Origin: the human T2T-CHM13v2.0 reference genome, Homo sapiens
Length of the DNA stretch: 64,000 nucleotides
Strand: one strand, 5' to 3'
NCBI RefSeq assembly: GCF_009914755.1
Contig: NC_060927.1
In this document: positions 49,521 through 63,088 of the stretch, in pieces
Numbering within the stretch: position 1 is the first letter of the stretch
How the letters are laid out: the number at the start of each line of letters is the position of its first letter
Translations under genes and position numbers: made by a program
Notes under the pieces: model-generated
What the model saw: the letters and a program-made list of their open reading frames with translations, nothing else
What the model was told of the DNA's origin: nothing
Databases searched by the model: none

Positions 49521-49855
49521 TGTTGTAGGACTTTCTCCTTAGTTCAGCTAAAACCAGGTTCTTGTCACATGACCATGAAAGATTAGGCTAGCAGACACTT
49601 TGAAGGGTGAGAACAGCAGGGTTTACTGTGTAAAAAAAAAGGAAAAAAATGGAAACAGGTACTCTCAGCAAAGCGAGAGTGCTGTTAGTAGGCTTCCTGC
49701 CTCACAGATTGAATCCCAGGTTCCCACCCCAGATCAGGAGAGGCCAGGTTCCTCCCCACTGCAAACAGCACAAGCTTCCATGGCTCCACTCCATTCTCCC
49801 AGTGCTCAGGCCACTCAGAGTTTCTCCAGGGAATCCTTTATCCTTGGCTGTCTTA
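49521..49855 (-). mobile_element. MER61-like ERV1 solo LTR
   Basis: tgttgtaggactttctccttagttcagctaaa ... ccttggctgtctta; 335 bp; perfect 4-bp TSD ATAT (49517-49520, 49856-49859). Confidence 0.8.
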
Positions 49856-50574
49856 ATATAATAATTTCCTTCAGCTGCCACAAGTGCTCAGAGATTTGAC
49901 CTGAAAGACTGAAAGTTGTTCCATTTCAATATAAGTAGTAATATGGGGACCAAACTTTCCAACTGAATCACTCAGCACATCCCAGCCTCAGAAAATCCCA
50001 CGACCTCCCAAGACCTTGCCTGCCAGTGAGACAATGACTTAACCTCACAGGCCTCATTTCCTAATCTGTAAAGTGGAGGAGTTGGGCTAGATGGTTTCCA
50101 CAATAACGGCTTCTATGATTTCCAGATTTCTGGGCTGGACTCCAACAGAAATCTTTCACTTTGATTTATTCTTGTCTCCAGGACTAAAAGCTGTGAAGCT
50201 AATTGGCAATCACCAAAAAGATCAAGAACTGCAGAGGAGAAGAAAGCCATCTGCCACTATTAAAGATACAACCAACACCTGGAGTTCCAGTGACTCCTGA
50301 CATCCCGATTTCCTTGGAAGACCTGGCCACCTCCTAACTGATTGATGACCCCTGTGAGAAACAAAAAAACAAGAATATGAGCGAGAGGGGAAAATTCTTT
50401 GCCAGGTTGTCACTGCAGAGTTAACAGAAGAGTTTTCTTCTTGGAGGTAGGGTACGCCTCAAATGTGAGATGAGCTCTTTCTTATAATTCATTGGTTTGG
50501 GGCTCATTTATGATTCCTTAGTGACTCATGCAACTGATGTGAAATTCCTGAGGTTTCTAGAAATCAGAGGTCAT

Positions 50575-50834
50575 ACAAGGGTACCAAAGGCCAGATTAAG
50601 CCTGTGGACATGATTTATTTAGCCCACTCAGGATCTTAATACTTTTAAAATAAATTGCCGATATTTGCCAGAGAGAAAGGCTTAGCAATTCTATTGGATC
50701 TCAGTAGCAGAGGACAAGAGGTCTCCACACTCCTCTCAGGACATGGGGCCTTCATTCACCTCAGTCTCCACCTGCTCACTTTACCTTGCATAGTCCTGGC
50801 CTGCCCCTGTAGGCTTTTGAATGTGTAAACCCTG
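50575..50834. mobile_element. hAT-Charlie MITE fossil (MER102-like)
   Basis: Terminal tgcccctgtaggcttttgaatgtgtaaaccctg. Confidence 0.45.
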
Positions 50835-53800
50835 TTGTGAAATCACACATATAGATCAAAACCCATATCCTCCAGCCTGGAGGGTTCTAGGAACTCACAA
50901 AATAATTTATCGACTTTCCTGTAAAATTCTATGCCTTTTACATGGATAAGTAACACTATTTCATTTAAGTAGAACTTGAAGCTGTTTGCATGAGAACAGT
51001 TGGCAGTTTATGCTGAGATTCCTCACAGTATTTTTGGGGGGTGGGTGGGGGGAGGCATGTGGTTAGTAAAATAAACTCCATGGGGAATAACACAAAACTT
51101 CCAAAGGGAGATGTCCCTGAGAAGACTTTACAGTGTCTCCTGATCTCCAGTGATTTTCTCATGCCCTCTCCTCCCATAGCTAGATCCTCCCTCCAATATG
51201 TGTTACATATTCAAGATTATAGCCCTGATTGCATTGTACTGTAATTATTTGATTAGAAATCAATCAACTTTTCTCACCTGGGAGCTTTTCTAGAGGACTA
51301 AAACACAACACCTGAAATACTTAGCTCATGCCTGACACCTAATAAGTGCTAAGTAGTTGAGTCCTCAAATTGTCTAGGAGCTGCTTAGGCAGTTGCCACA
51401 CCCGTCACCCAACCCAGGGGCATTTCCAAGGACAGAGCCTTGATTCACATTATGTACGTATGTGTGTGCGTGTGAGTGTGAGCACACCACAGTCACAAAC
51501 TGTCTGTGGCCTTTGTCCCTGAGATGGCAAATTAGTAGGAATAAAAACAAGCACAGTCAGGTTATATGCTAGTGCCCCCAGAGTAGCTCATCTTCCAGGT
51601 AGCACATTCCCCAATTCAGCTCTCCCCTTCTCTAACACAGTTCAGCCCTGTCAAGCTTACCAACTTATGTGGCCAACACATCACCTATAAGGTAAAGTTC
51701 CAGTCACTTGGCAGACATTCAAGAACCTTTACTGTCTCATCTCAACCCACTTTTCCAATTACTTGCCACGTGTCCCCCGCTTTTCTTTTTCTACTCCCTA
51801 CCTTTGAGAATCTACAATGCTCTAGGGCCCTAAAATGCTGTGGCAGGTTCCCCAGCAGAGCCATATTTTTAACACTGCCATGTCTTTGCCCCTGCTATGT
51901 CCTCTGCCAGTAACGCCCTTGCTCCCTTTCATCATCTGGTACCAGCAGAACATGTGGTTAATGCCAGCTTCTCTGGCACAGTGGCTGAGCTGCAGAAACA
52001 ATGCCTGAACAGTTGGGCATGTGAGTGCAAAGAACTGTATGCTTGGAACACAAGTGTGGGCCTCCATTATTGCTTATGCAGTGAAATGAAGGGGTAGATG
52101 GGTCATCATGCCAGCCACAAACGTGTGAGATCATATGGCATCGGCAGGAGCAATGACAGCCAAAAGACAGGGCTGCCCATTTCTGACCAGACTCCCCAGT
52201 TATACTGCTTCCTATTATTATGGGTACATAGTAGCTTCAGTGATGAATATGCAAAATAAACTATCTTTAGCTAAATGTAGACATGAACCTGATACAGCAG
52301 GTGGCACCTTCTTATGTGAATGTTCTCTCAGCAAACATACCACCCTCTGTCCTCATCCTGAAAGAAACGACTTGGGAAGTAATAAATTTTCAAGCCAGAC
52401 TGTGTATTCTCTATCTGTGGTGCGAGACTGGAAAATTCTGTTAAATAGTGAAGCTTGCATTTTTGAGCTTTTGTTATATGTTAGGCAGTTTGCTAAGAAC
52501 ATTGCAAACATTAACTGACCTCATTTAAAGCTCACAAAACACCATAAATCATGCCTGTTCTTAAAGAGGGTACAGAGATGCCTGTGTGTTTATGACCTAA
52601 AGACCCTTGTTTGGCTTGGGCAATGCAGCATGCAGTGGTTAAGTCACATCCAATAGAGTTCTAGGAAAATGGCTTTTCTCCATTTTGGCCTATCTAAGAC
52701 TTTTCAAGAGGGAGAGAGAAAAGCTTGATAACTGCAGTAATTTTGCTGCCTCTGATTAAAAATCTGAAACCAAAGGCTGCAGATGAGGCAAGTAAGTCTA
52801 AGCCTGGTGTATTTTAGTATTTCAGCAGAAGAGGAGAGTTAGTGGGCAGATATAGAGGTCACAGGCCCTTCCAAGAGGAAACGGAGCCCATTCAGGACAT
52901 TCCAACTGTGATGTGGGCCTGATTTACACTTAAATATATGGCCTTGAGTCCATGTCTGCTGGGTTTCCCTGGCAGCTTTGCAGTCTATAAAATGAAGGCA
53001 AAGAAGCAGAAAGAAAGAACATTCATATGTATTGTGCATACCATGTGCCAGGTACTGTGGGAGTGATAACCACTCAGTTCATCTTGTTTGATCTTACAAC
53101 TCTACCAGGTGGAGAATGTTATGTCTGTTTTACAGATGAGCAAACTAATTCAAAGAGACCTCCTATCTTCATCCTTCTTTAGGACTTTCAAAAGCTTGGG
53201 TCAGGGAGTAGGGAACTTTGATCTGTTTCTTTCTCTCCTCCCGAGATAAGCTAGCCAAGGAGACAGGGATTAGGGAAAGAGCAGTCTTACGTGGTCCTGT
53301 TGTGATCTGGCTGTAGGACCAGATAGTTCATTCTCATATGAATCATCATAAGTCATATGAATATGATACAGCAAAAGTTATCTATCACCTACTAAGTACT
53401 GTTTCAGGTACTCGAATACAAAAGCAAACAAAAGAGACATCAACCCTTGCCCCCGTAGAGCTTTCATTCTTTAGCTCAGGCCATTTCTGTGGGTTCTTAG
53501 GGACTCCCCATCATTTGAGGTAGGCAGTACCTCTCCTCCTCTACTTGCTTCCTGCCACATCAGCATCTGAAAGGGCACTTCCAGCCTTTTAGACTGTGGA
53601 TGCTTAAGAGGAGGAGCTTTTCGAACTCAGCCCCAGCCCACTCCCTTCTACAGCCCGCTTTCCACAAGTTCACTTAGCCTTGCTCTTGGAAGTTTTGTGT
53701 CTTTGTGCCTTCTCCAGGAGAGTGGCACCAGCCATTCTCTTCACCTCTGGTCTTTACCAGACGGAAATTACATGCCAAGGCTTCTGTTGTACAAATTACA

Positions 53801-53984
53801 GGTGGTGTATACCAAGGCCTTTGAGGAGACACTTTGAAACCCCATCACTTGGCTTGAGGTGAGAGGATGCACTCTCCTCCTGATTCCTATGGAGAATGCA
53901 GAGAAGAAGTCTATTTTGTCAAAAAAAAAAAAATCTCCTCTCCAGGCCTCATCAACTTTTACCTTTTCATGGACTATGTATCTG

Positions 53985-54282
53985 CAATGACCAATGCTAA
54001 CCACATGTGGCTTTTGAGTATTGAAAACATGATTAATCCAAATTGAGATGTGTTGTAAATTTACAGACCAGATTTCAAAGACTTGGTGTGAAAAAAATAT
54101 AAAACCCAAAAGTAAAATATCTTCTTAATTTTTATATTGGCTACATGTTAAAATAATCATAATTTGATATATTGAATCAAATAAAATATATTATTATAAC
54201 TAATTATGTTTAAAAACACTAACAATAACAAAAGAACCACAAATTACCTACATGGCTCACATATTTCTATCAGGTGTCACTG
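53985..54282. mobile_element. MER33-like hAT MITE
   Basis: ccacatgtggcttttgagtattgaaa...ccagatttcaaagacttggt...catggctcacatatttctat. Confidence 0.75.
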
Positions 54283-54944
54283 TTGTGGATGAACAATCTA
54301 ATATGCGAAAGGAACCAGTTTCACAGCCTGTCTTGCATGTACAGCCTGAAATCTCTACTGAGAGCTTGCAGTATTGAACATCTATTACATTATATTGTTT
54401 TAGGGCTTTGGGGGCTCAGACTTCACAGAAAATTGAATTGTTACATCATTTTATATATGTGTTTCTCTGAATAGAACTGCAATAGTTTTCTTTAGATTCT
54501 TTATAGGTCTATCATCAGATTTTTTTATGAGCCTGTCATTCTTTCTCAAAAAAATTAATAATTTGTGTTTAGTATATTCCTAATATATTGTTGGATCTAA
54601 TGCATCAGAGACCATTAAAACCTAGGATACAAGAGAAACACAGCAGGTTCTTGGTCTACAAACCCAGTAGTATTCCCAAGAGTTTTAAGAAATGCAACTA
54701 AGCAGTTGCCTGCCATCCATATATGGCACTCTAGGACTGAGACTCAATTTTTTTCTCCCTTACATGGTGTATTTTAGTATTTTACTATTTTCAGATACTA
54801 GATATCATTTCTTTTTAATTATACTTTGTTATTTTTGCCTCTAAAAATGTAACTCCATTAATTAATTAATCCCCAAAGAAACAGAAACACAAGAAGTAAA
54901 AAGAAATATGAAAAAGAAAAGAAAGGTAGTATCATCCATAACCC

Positions 54945-55110
54945 TTAGTCTTAGTGAATCTGGATTCATTTGGGGGATCTTCCTTTTGTTTTTTTTTTGT
55001 AGCCTTGAGTAAGACATTTGACCTCTCTGAGCCTGTTTTCTCATCTGTAAAATGTGCATAACTATGCTATATAAAAAATGTTTTTGAGAATTAAGAGAAA
55101 TAATTAATTG
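54945..55110 (+). mobile_element. MIR
   Basis: ccttgagtaagacatttgacctctctgagcctgttttctcatctgtaaaatg. Confidence 0.75.
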
Positions 55111-55239
55111 GAAGAATTTTAGGCATGTTATCTTGTTTTTCTAATCCTATCAACCAAACATAAACACTGGTAATATTTTTGTATATTTTCTTCCAAGTAT
55201 TTTTCCAATGCATAAAAATTTGATTGTAGTAAACAAAAT

Positions 55240-56460
55240 ATAGACATAATTTTAGTATGTTTTTCCAAATTACTAATATGAAGTAATTTTAGACTTACAA
55301 AAAAATGTAAAAATAGGAGTTTCTGTATATCATGCATCTAGCTTCCCTATTGTAACATCTTAAGTAACCATAGTAAATTATCAAAACTACAAATTAACAT
55401 TTATGCAATACTTTAAATTACAGGCTTTATTTGGATTTCACCAGGCTTTTGACTAATGTATTTTATAATTGATAAATGTCTTGTGGCGGATACTTTGGTA
55501 CTATGTAAATATCCTATTTCTCCTCAAACTTCTTCCATTAATTTTTGCATCCATTGGTGCCTCTTTCCTTACCTGCACCATTGTTAATAAGGCATTCTAC
55601 TTGTGATTTTCTATTTCCTTCATTTTTTCTGCATGTTTTCATTGGAATTGCTCTGTAAGGAAGAGCCGCCCCTTCTCCCCTTCTCCTACTTTTGTTCATT
55701 TAGATATTATTGTATCACTATGGAGTCATGGATCTGGCATTTTATTATCTACTCATGTTAATTATTTTGCTTTTCAGATTGTTTCAGCTCTTGCCCATGG
55801 GTGTTTGTTTACTTTGGCTCCTGTGCCCTTTTAATACATCCTCATCCTTTTTGAACACAGTCTTACTATATTCTTGTCTCCTCCCAGGAGCACATGTGTT
55901 TTGCTTTGTTTTCTTCTATTCCCTTCCCGCAGATACAGTGGGTTTTCACCAGTGCCCCATGGCAATGATTTCTGTTCTTCCTCCTCCAGGCTAAGGGTTT
56001 TGCTCCATAGCAAAGACAGAGAGCAGTGTTTAAGGGTTTTGTGCCTGTCCTGTAGTCACTGCTTTTTATCTTCCCTAACTAGCACTAGGCTGGAAGTTTT
56101 CTCAGGACTCTTCTCTGTGTTTCCTGTGAGTGCCTGGTGTGTTTCGAAAAGAAAAGTCTGTAAGAGAATATAAAATCTCACTATGGCTGCAGCCCCAGGA
56201 GTTTCATACTGTCCCAGCAGCCCATATTTGGCCTCCACCAATTTGTCAACAATTCCAGCTGAAGTCTTCTTGCTGGAGTCTAGTGCTAAGCTCCCTGCAG
56301 GGGCCTGCCTATCTCCAGATTTTAGGCTAATTTGTTGCCCTATAACTTTAGTCATCTGACAGGTTTAAGAAAAGTTGAGAATTTGTATTCACTGTCTTTA
56401 CCATTGCTGGAAGCGTTGGAGTGATGCTCTTTCCAACTCTATATTCTGAGTAGAACCCAG
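55240..56460 (-). mobile_element. Old L1MC/L1MD 3' region
   Basis: taattttagacttacaaaaaaatgtaaaa, ctgtaaggaagagcc, ggagtcatggat, cagctcttgcccatggg. Confidence 0.6.
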
Positions 56461-56829
56461 GAGACCCAGAAGGGCTAGGAGCTTACATTCGCTCTTCTTG
56501 GCAAGTTTTCTGCCTCCCTGGGTCATGGGCCCAAACCTCATTAGCCTAACCTTCTTGCTTAGTAATCATCCTAAAAACATGCAGAACTCCCCAAGTGCTA
56601 TTAAGCTTAGCTTTTTATAATTACACATTTGGTTAACCTTTAGACCTCTCTGTTATTCTTCAATAGCTGCTTCTTGCTATTCTGGTTGAAATCCAGGGAT
56701 CTTAGAATAGCATTACAAGTTCTTAGTGAAGATGCTGGTAAAAACAGGGATTTAGAGAAAACTGCTGATGCATCCCAGCCATGCCAGAATAGAGCAAGGG
56801 GCTGGTCAGAGAAGGAGAAGTCAATCTAA

Positions 56830-59340
56830 AACACTTGTGTTTGATCAGTATTGGGTGCCTGCTATGTGACAGGTACATGCCAGGCAAGGACACGAATTAG
56901 AATGACGTGAGTCTTGCCTCTACTACATCACAGTCCAACACATAAACAATTTTAATAAACTGTTATAAATACTATACCAGAGATATGTACAAATGTTATA
57001 AGAAAATATACAGGGAAGCAATTATTTTTCTTGGGGCATTCTCAGACAGCGGAGAAAAGGGAAAGCAGACCCTGAGATAAGAATCTGAGGGCAAATAATT
57101 TCTTTTGGAAATAATTCCCAAGAAATACCAGCGGGAAAGTGGGCAGAAGGAAAGGAAAAGAAAGGACACTAATAAAGGGCATGTTACCAAGGGGACCAAT
57201 CTTGCTGCAGAGCCTGGGGGCCAGTGTACAACAGACACTTTAGAGTTATTCTGTCCAAAAGCAATCCTACTGGTTACGGATGAGAATTGCTGAGGCCAGG
57301 GAGCCAGATATTAAGTGAATTCTCCTGTGCTTGCAGTGAGCCTTGCACAGGCAAAATGGACTCTGTGACAATAGAGGGCTCCAAAGCACAGTCACAGGGA
57401 CTGGCAGTTGGAAGTCAGGTTGACATGCACAGAAAAAGGAGTCAAGGGGACATGGGTGGACTGCTGACAGCAGTAGCTACATCATGTGTCACTTGAATTG
57501 AGCATTGAAGGATGAGTGGCATCAAAGAGAGAAGTAGGAGACATCAGGCAGAGGGACCAGCAGGAGCAGAGGATGAGAGACAATCATGTCACAATGTGGT
57601 CAAGAGAAGATGCATAGTTTAGAGAGGAGAGAACATTCAGAAAGGGGGTAAACAAGCCAGATGTGGAGGGTTTGATAATTATTCTGTGGGCAACAGGAAC
57701 CATCAGAAAGGAGCAAGTGGGGAGAGATGAACAACTGAAGAATGAGAGGGGAGAGTCTGGTCAAGAACATGTTGTGATAATGTGTCTTTCTCTCTACCTT
57801 TCTTGACAGTGGCTTGGGTGAGAGTGGTAGAGGTGGACAAGATGATCCGACATTGGATCCTGGATATATTTTGAAGGTAAAGGCAACAGGATTTGTTCAA
57901 GATATGAGGAATGTGGGATATGAGGGAAAGAAAAGGACAAGATAATCAAAAAGCTAAAAGTTTGGGAAACTGAAAGAAGGGAGTTGACATTTACTGAGGT
58001 GGGAAAGACTGAGAGGAGAAGGTTTGAGAGCCAGAAAAGCAGGACAACTACAGGACATGGAATATTAGAGATACAAAGTAAACCTTGACATGAAGCTAGT
58101 CAGTTGCATAGAGGAGCTTTGAGCACAGAAGAGAGCCCAGGCTAGCTACAAATTTGGGAGTCATCAGTACATGGGCTTTGGATGGTATTTAAAGGAGGAT
58201 GTGAGTGTAGATGGAAAAGAGAAATCACTGCAGTCCCCGGGAACTCCATATTTAGAAGTTCTAAGAACAAGGAAGAGTTGGAAAATGAGGTGGAAAAAGA
58301 GTGAACAAGCAGGTAGGAAGCAAATCAGAAGATCATAGAATCCCAGAATCCAAATGAAAGAAATGTTTCAAGCATGAAAGAGTGATTCACATGAAACAGT
58401 CACCAGATTTAGCAGCATGGAGATCACTGGTGACTTTGACAAGAACAGTTTTGTTGATGTAATAGAGATGAGAACCCAAGTGGAGTGGGTTTAAGAAATA
58501 ATGGGAGGAGAGAGCATAGATACTGTGACTACAGAAAACTTTCTGAAGAAGTTTTGCCATAAAAGGAAAATGATATGGAGGCTGGACAGTGAGTGGAAAT
58601 TAAAATACATTTTTAATAATTTTTTTAAAGAGGGAAGACATCATAGCATGTTTATATGTATGGGAAGAGAGGGAAAACTAATGATGGAGGACAGAGAGAA
58701 GACAGTTCCCTGGAGCAGCATATTTGAATTAATGAGAAGAGATGTATCTAGTAGATAAGGAAGGGGTTGGTTTTAAGAGGAAGGCTGGTTTGACCCTGGG
58801 AGCAGGAGGATAGGTAGAGTGATGGGCACTGATGCAAGAATTTAGGAAGATATGCTAGCGAGAACTGGTGAACATTCTCTTCTGGTTGTTTCTGGTTGCT
58901 TAGTGAAAGAGTAAGCAAGGTCATCAGCAAAGATTGGGGGTGGGGGAGAAGGTATTACAAGTTTGAAAAGAATGAAATTAAGTGATAATAAAAATCAAAT
59001 AATGAATAACAGGAGGTTATGAGAGTAAAGGGCCTAGAGCAACATAGTGGTACTGCTAGGCTGCACCAAGAGCCCATTTGACATTCATAAGACCAGCTAG
59101 CAGGTTCTGGCCAGGCTCAGCTACATTGGTAGAAGTGTGGTATAGGGTGAAAGTTTGTTGTAATTAAGGTAGGAGTTTCCCAGATTATAAACTTTAGCAT
59201 GAATGCAAGGAAGTAATTATAATGATGAACTATAGAATCTTTGTTGGATAGAAATAAGGCTACAAGGGATGTAAGGGATGGTGGAAATTGACAGGATCAA
59301 TTGACCACAGGACCAATGAGGTGAAGGAAATGTTGAAAAT
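56830..59340 (-). mobile_element. Long degenerate L2 interrupted by an MLT1 LTR (about 57055-57490)
   Basis: ggatatattttgaaggtaaaggcaacaggattt, atttgggagtcatcag, gatttagcagcatggagatcactggtgactttgacaagaacagttt. Confidence 0.75.
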
Positions 59341-59344
59341 GGGG

Positions 59345-59660
59345 TGTGTTTAACACCATTCCAAAATTCAATGGCTTAAAACAACTACAATTATTCTTTC
59401 TCAGTTAGTTACAGTTCAACCTAAACTGATTCATTTAGGTTGGGCTGGGCTGGGCTTGCCTCCAAGCTGCAAACTAAGCCAGATTTGCTTCACGTGTCCC
59501 TCATTCCCCTTAGAATACCAGACTTGTCTGAGTACTTTTTTTTCATGGAAACAGCAAACTTATAAGGTGCAAGTCCCATCACACAAGTACATGCCAAACC
59601 ACTGCTTGCAGCATGTCCTGTTAATATCCATCGGCCAAAATAAGTCACATAGTAGAGAAA
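59345..59660 (-). mobile_element. MLT1 LTR fragment
   Basis: ccaaaattcaatggcttaaaacaac...ccatcggccaaaataagtcacat. Confidence 0.55.
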
Positions 59661-61167
59661 ACAACAATGAGACTAAGAAGCTATAAGTACAAAGATCCAC
59701 CCAAGTATATGTCACATCCCATCAAGTTGGCAGTCTCAGGAAGTTGCACACATTATTTTTGCCTAGGGTCAACCCGCCCTTAGAATGAGTGTTGAAAAGG
59801 AAAACATTCCCCTTGGAAACTGGGCCAAGCTTGAGAATTCTCAGGTATTTTTTATATTGCTTCTCTGTATATAACATAATGACTTCCCTGCCCAGTAAGA
59901 AATCCTAGATTGACAGCTGTGACTTTTCTAAGAATAATATATGTAGAACAAAGGGAAGGAAAAGCAACTGGGCCCTGGAACCCAAATCCAGAACATGACA
60001 TCATAGTCAGGAGGGAATGTGTGTGTGTGTGAAGAGCAGCAGCCCATGCAGGGATGCACTGCATATCCCTTGAGGTGCCACTCACAAAGATTACTGTGCA
60101 AATGGAGCCTCTGACAAGGATGCACTCACAGTTTCCCTGAATATGGGTGGGGAATAAATAGGGGTTCTAGGAAAAGTAAACATAAACTGCAGCCTATTCT
60201 TCTTTCCCATGAGACCACCTCGTGTATAACCAGCATAGTGCTTCACAACAGTAGTTATAATAATGCCTGCAAGTGACACCAGTAGGTCACTTTCAGCTTG
60301 CATAAAGTTTTTCAGTCCATTACTGTATTTTTTCCTTATAATAACCATTTTAGTGATGAAAAACAAAGTTAGGGGTAGGAAGATGGGAAAACAAAGCAAA
60401 TAGTAGCAGAGCTGGGACTAAATGCAGGCCTGTATATTTCCAAAGCCCAAGCACTTACCGGTATGCCATGATTTCTTCAACAGCCTCTCTTCATTTTAAT
60501 GAAAATTCACCAACAAACACTGACAACTTAACCAAATAGGCCAAGTACCCTGGGCAAGCTCCTATCTCAAGGCCGGAAAGCAGTGGAGCTCAGACAAGAA
60601 GTAGCCTGGACAGCTTTCCTACCTTCCGGCTTGCCTACTCCCCTCTCCCGGGAAATGCACTCAGACAAGCAACTACATCTGTAGGAGCAATCACATGGTT
60701 AACCCAGTGACAGCTGCTGTAATACATTCCCAACTCATCAAAGTTCTAACAAACAGTTTGTCTGCAAGAATTCAAGAAGAAGCATGTATGTTCTTTAGGC
60801 AAAGGACTTTTTTATAAAAGCAAGAAAAGAAATGATTCCTCAAGTAGATCCTAATGAAATAAGACGTCTCTCTGTGTATATGGGTTTGTTTTTTTTTTTT
60901 TTAAAGAAAAAGAAGGTTCTCTCTAGTCTAAATAAACCTTGATGGCTCCCCAGAAGTTACAGCAGCCTGTTGAATAAACAGACAGCATTTACATTAACAT
61001 TTCTTTAGTTCTGTTTGCATGCAGTGGTTTTTCTTACTAAAAATAAAAAACAATTCCGGCCCCATGATGCAATCCTTGGCTTCAGGAGCCTATGCTTCCT
61101 TTATTCTGTCAACTGGATTTTAGAGAGAAATTGGTATAAGTAAAGGTGGACTTAGGTGCACCTAAAG

Positions 61168-61340
61168 TAGCACTTCTCAAACTTTAACATGCATAATAAT
61201 TATCTGGGAGGGGGTCTTAAAATGCAGATTTTGATTCTGATTCCATAGGTCTGGAGTACAGCCCAAAGTTCCGCGTTTCTAACAAGCTCACAGGTGATGC
61301 CATTTCTGCTGATCCGTGGACCTAACTAGGAGTAGCAATC
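61168..61340. mobile_element. MER5B/MER5A-like hAT MITE
   Basis: cacttctcaaactttaacatgcat...taaaatgcagattttgattc...tttctaacaagctcacaggtgatgcc. Confidence 0.8.
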
Positions 61341-61689
61341 ATCTAAAATTTAGACTCTAGTGGATTCCGCATGGGTGTTCTTCAGGATAGGCCCTTATTT
61401 CTGGAGTCTTCTCTTTCTTTCCACTTTCATGCACATTGTTAGAGTCTACTCTCACCAATGCACTAGCAATTCCAAAATCTTCGTATCCAGTCCAAAACTT
61501 GGACTCTTCACCTGGGTGTCTCTCAACTTGACAGGCCCAAAATTGTGCCCATCATCCTCCTCACCACCTCTTATATTTGCGCTCTTGTTTGTTATTGTCT
61601 AATGTCCAATGGAACCACCACCCATATAAATGTTCAAGCCACACATTCATAAATCAACCCAAATTCCTTCCTTTACTTCTTTTTCATCA

Positions 61690-62032
61690 CTTCAAATTTA
61701 TTAAGGTATCATTTATGTATTACAGAATGCACCTATTTGAAGAGTTTATACTTCAGTAAATTTTGACAGCCGTATACATTTATGTTACCACACCACAATC
61801 AAAACATAGAAGATGGTCATCGTTCCAAAAGATTATCTCAATCCCATCCCATCCAAGGCCCCTAATAACCACTAATCTATTTTCTTTCACCATAGTTTTG
61901 CCTTTTCTAGAATTTCATGTAAATGGACTCTTGTGTCTGGCTTCTTTCACTTAGCACAATGCTTTTGAGATTTGCCTGGGCATGCATCAGTAGCTCAGTC
62001 ATTTATATTGCTGTATAGCATTTCATTATATA
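61690..62032 (-). mobile_element. Old L1M 3' fragment
   Basis: accactaatctattttct...ttttgccttttctagaatttcatgtaaatgga...tggcttctttcacttagcacaatgcttttgagatt. Confidence 0.75.
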
Positions 62033-62204
62033 AATTCTCTTACTTAGTCTCTGACTGGCTGGGAAGTCACCTTTTCCACTGGCGTGGAAGAGAAAAAAGC
62101 CAACAGAACTTGTCCCACTAGGATTAAGTGCAGTGCCAGGTTATCCCACACAGAGAAAAGAAAGCCGAGCTTATATACAAAATCAACTAGGTTTTTTCAA
62201 GCAG

Positions 62205-62338
62205 AATCTTTGATATTATTAATATTAAGTGTATACATACATATATTATTAATATTAGGTATATATAAAGATTATTAATATTAGGTGTATATAACACATA
62301 TACACCTAATATAATTAATATTAATAATATTAAAGATT
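62205..62338. repeat. AT-rich nested inverted repeat
   Basis: Outer arms 62205-62228 and 62315-62338 (23/24); inner perfect 15-bp arms 62278-62292 and 62298-62312 around loop aacac. Confidence 0.9.
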
Positions 62339-63088
62339 ATATTTGCCTTCGAGTAAATATACGTAAACACATATGTTTTAGGGCCATAAGAAGTGGTTAA
62401 CAAGTGAAGATACCAGATAAATGTCCCCCACACTTTTCTGTTTTACATTTTAGCTTTTCTCTCTGCATTGTGAAAAGAGATGGAGGCTACTTTAGACAAA
62501 ATGCCCAGCATATATCAGGTTATGAAGGGGGTCCTGAGGAACTTAGGGCTTAGACCTAGTGCTATATAGCAGAAGCATAGCAGACTGCTTCAGGCCCTGG
62601 CTAAAGAGAAACCTGAAACAGAAATAACTTAACTTGCCACATTCCATCCATGGCAGCCTCCATCACCCGAGAAGAGGCAGCTACCAAACCCTGGGCTATT
62701 AAAGGCTGGATTTGATTATTTACTCTTGGTGTCATGACAAACTCATAAAAGATATAACACAAGCCCCCCAGTCAAACCACACTGGTTATCTCCAAGCTGG
62801 CTCCACAGGCTGACTTTTGAATGAAGGTGTTTTTATAAGGATGTGGTGTACGCTGAGCCAAAGGACAAAACCATTGGAAGATAGTTCATCTCTCAGTCCT
62901 TGTTTTCAGCAATTGCTAGGGCTGCAAATTTGGAGCTCGATAATGGAGTGTGCCCCACTGTCAAGTTCCATTAGATGGTCTGTGTGGTCTTGAAGTCTCG
63001 GGCTCTGTGAGTATAGTTTTGTAGATGATAGGCAAGAGAAACTATGGAAAGGGCAACCCCTCTGTATCAGCTGTTATCACAATAATAA

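Noticed and set aside
63030-63070. aagag (63034) or aaagggcaacccctctgta as the L1HS 5' TSD
   Set aside because: Only 5 bp or a gapped weak match to AAGAGCTCCTCTATGTA, and not adjacent to the junction; a Ta-1 TSD should be essentially perfect
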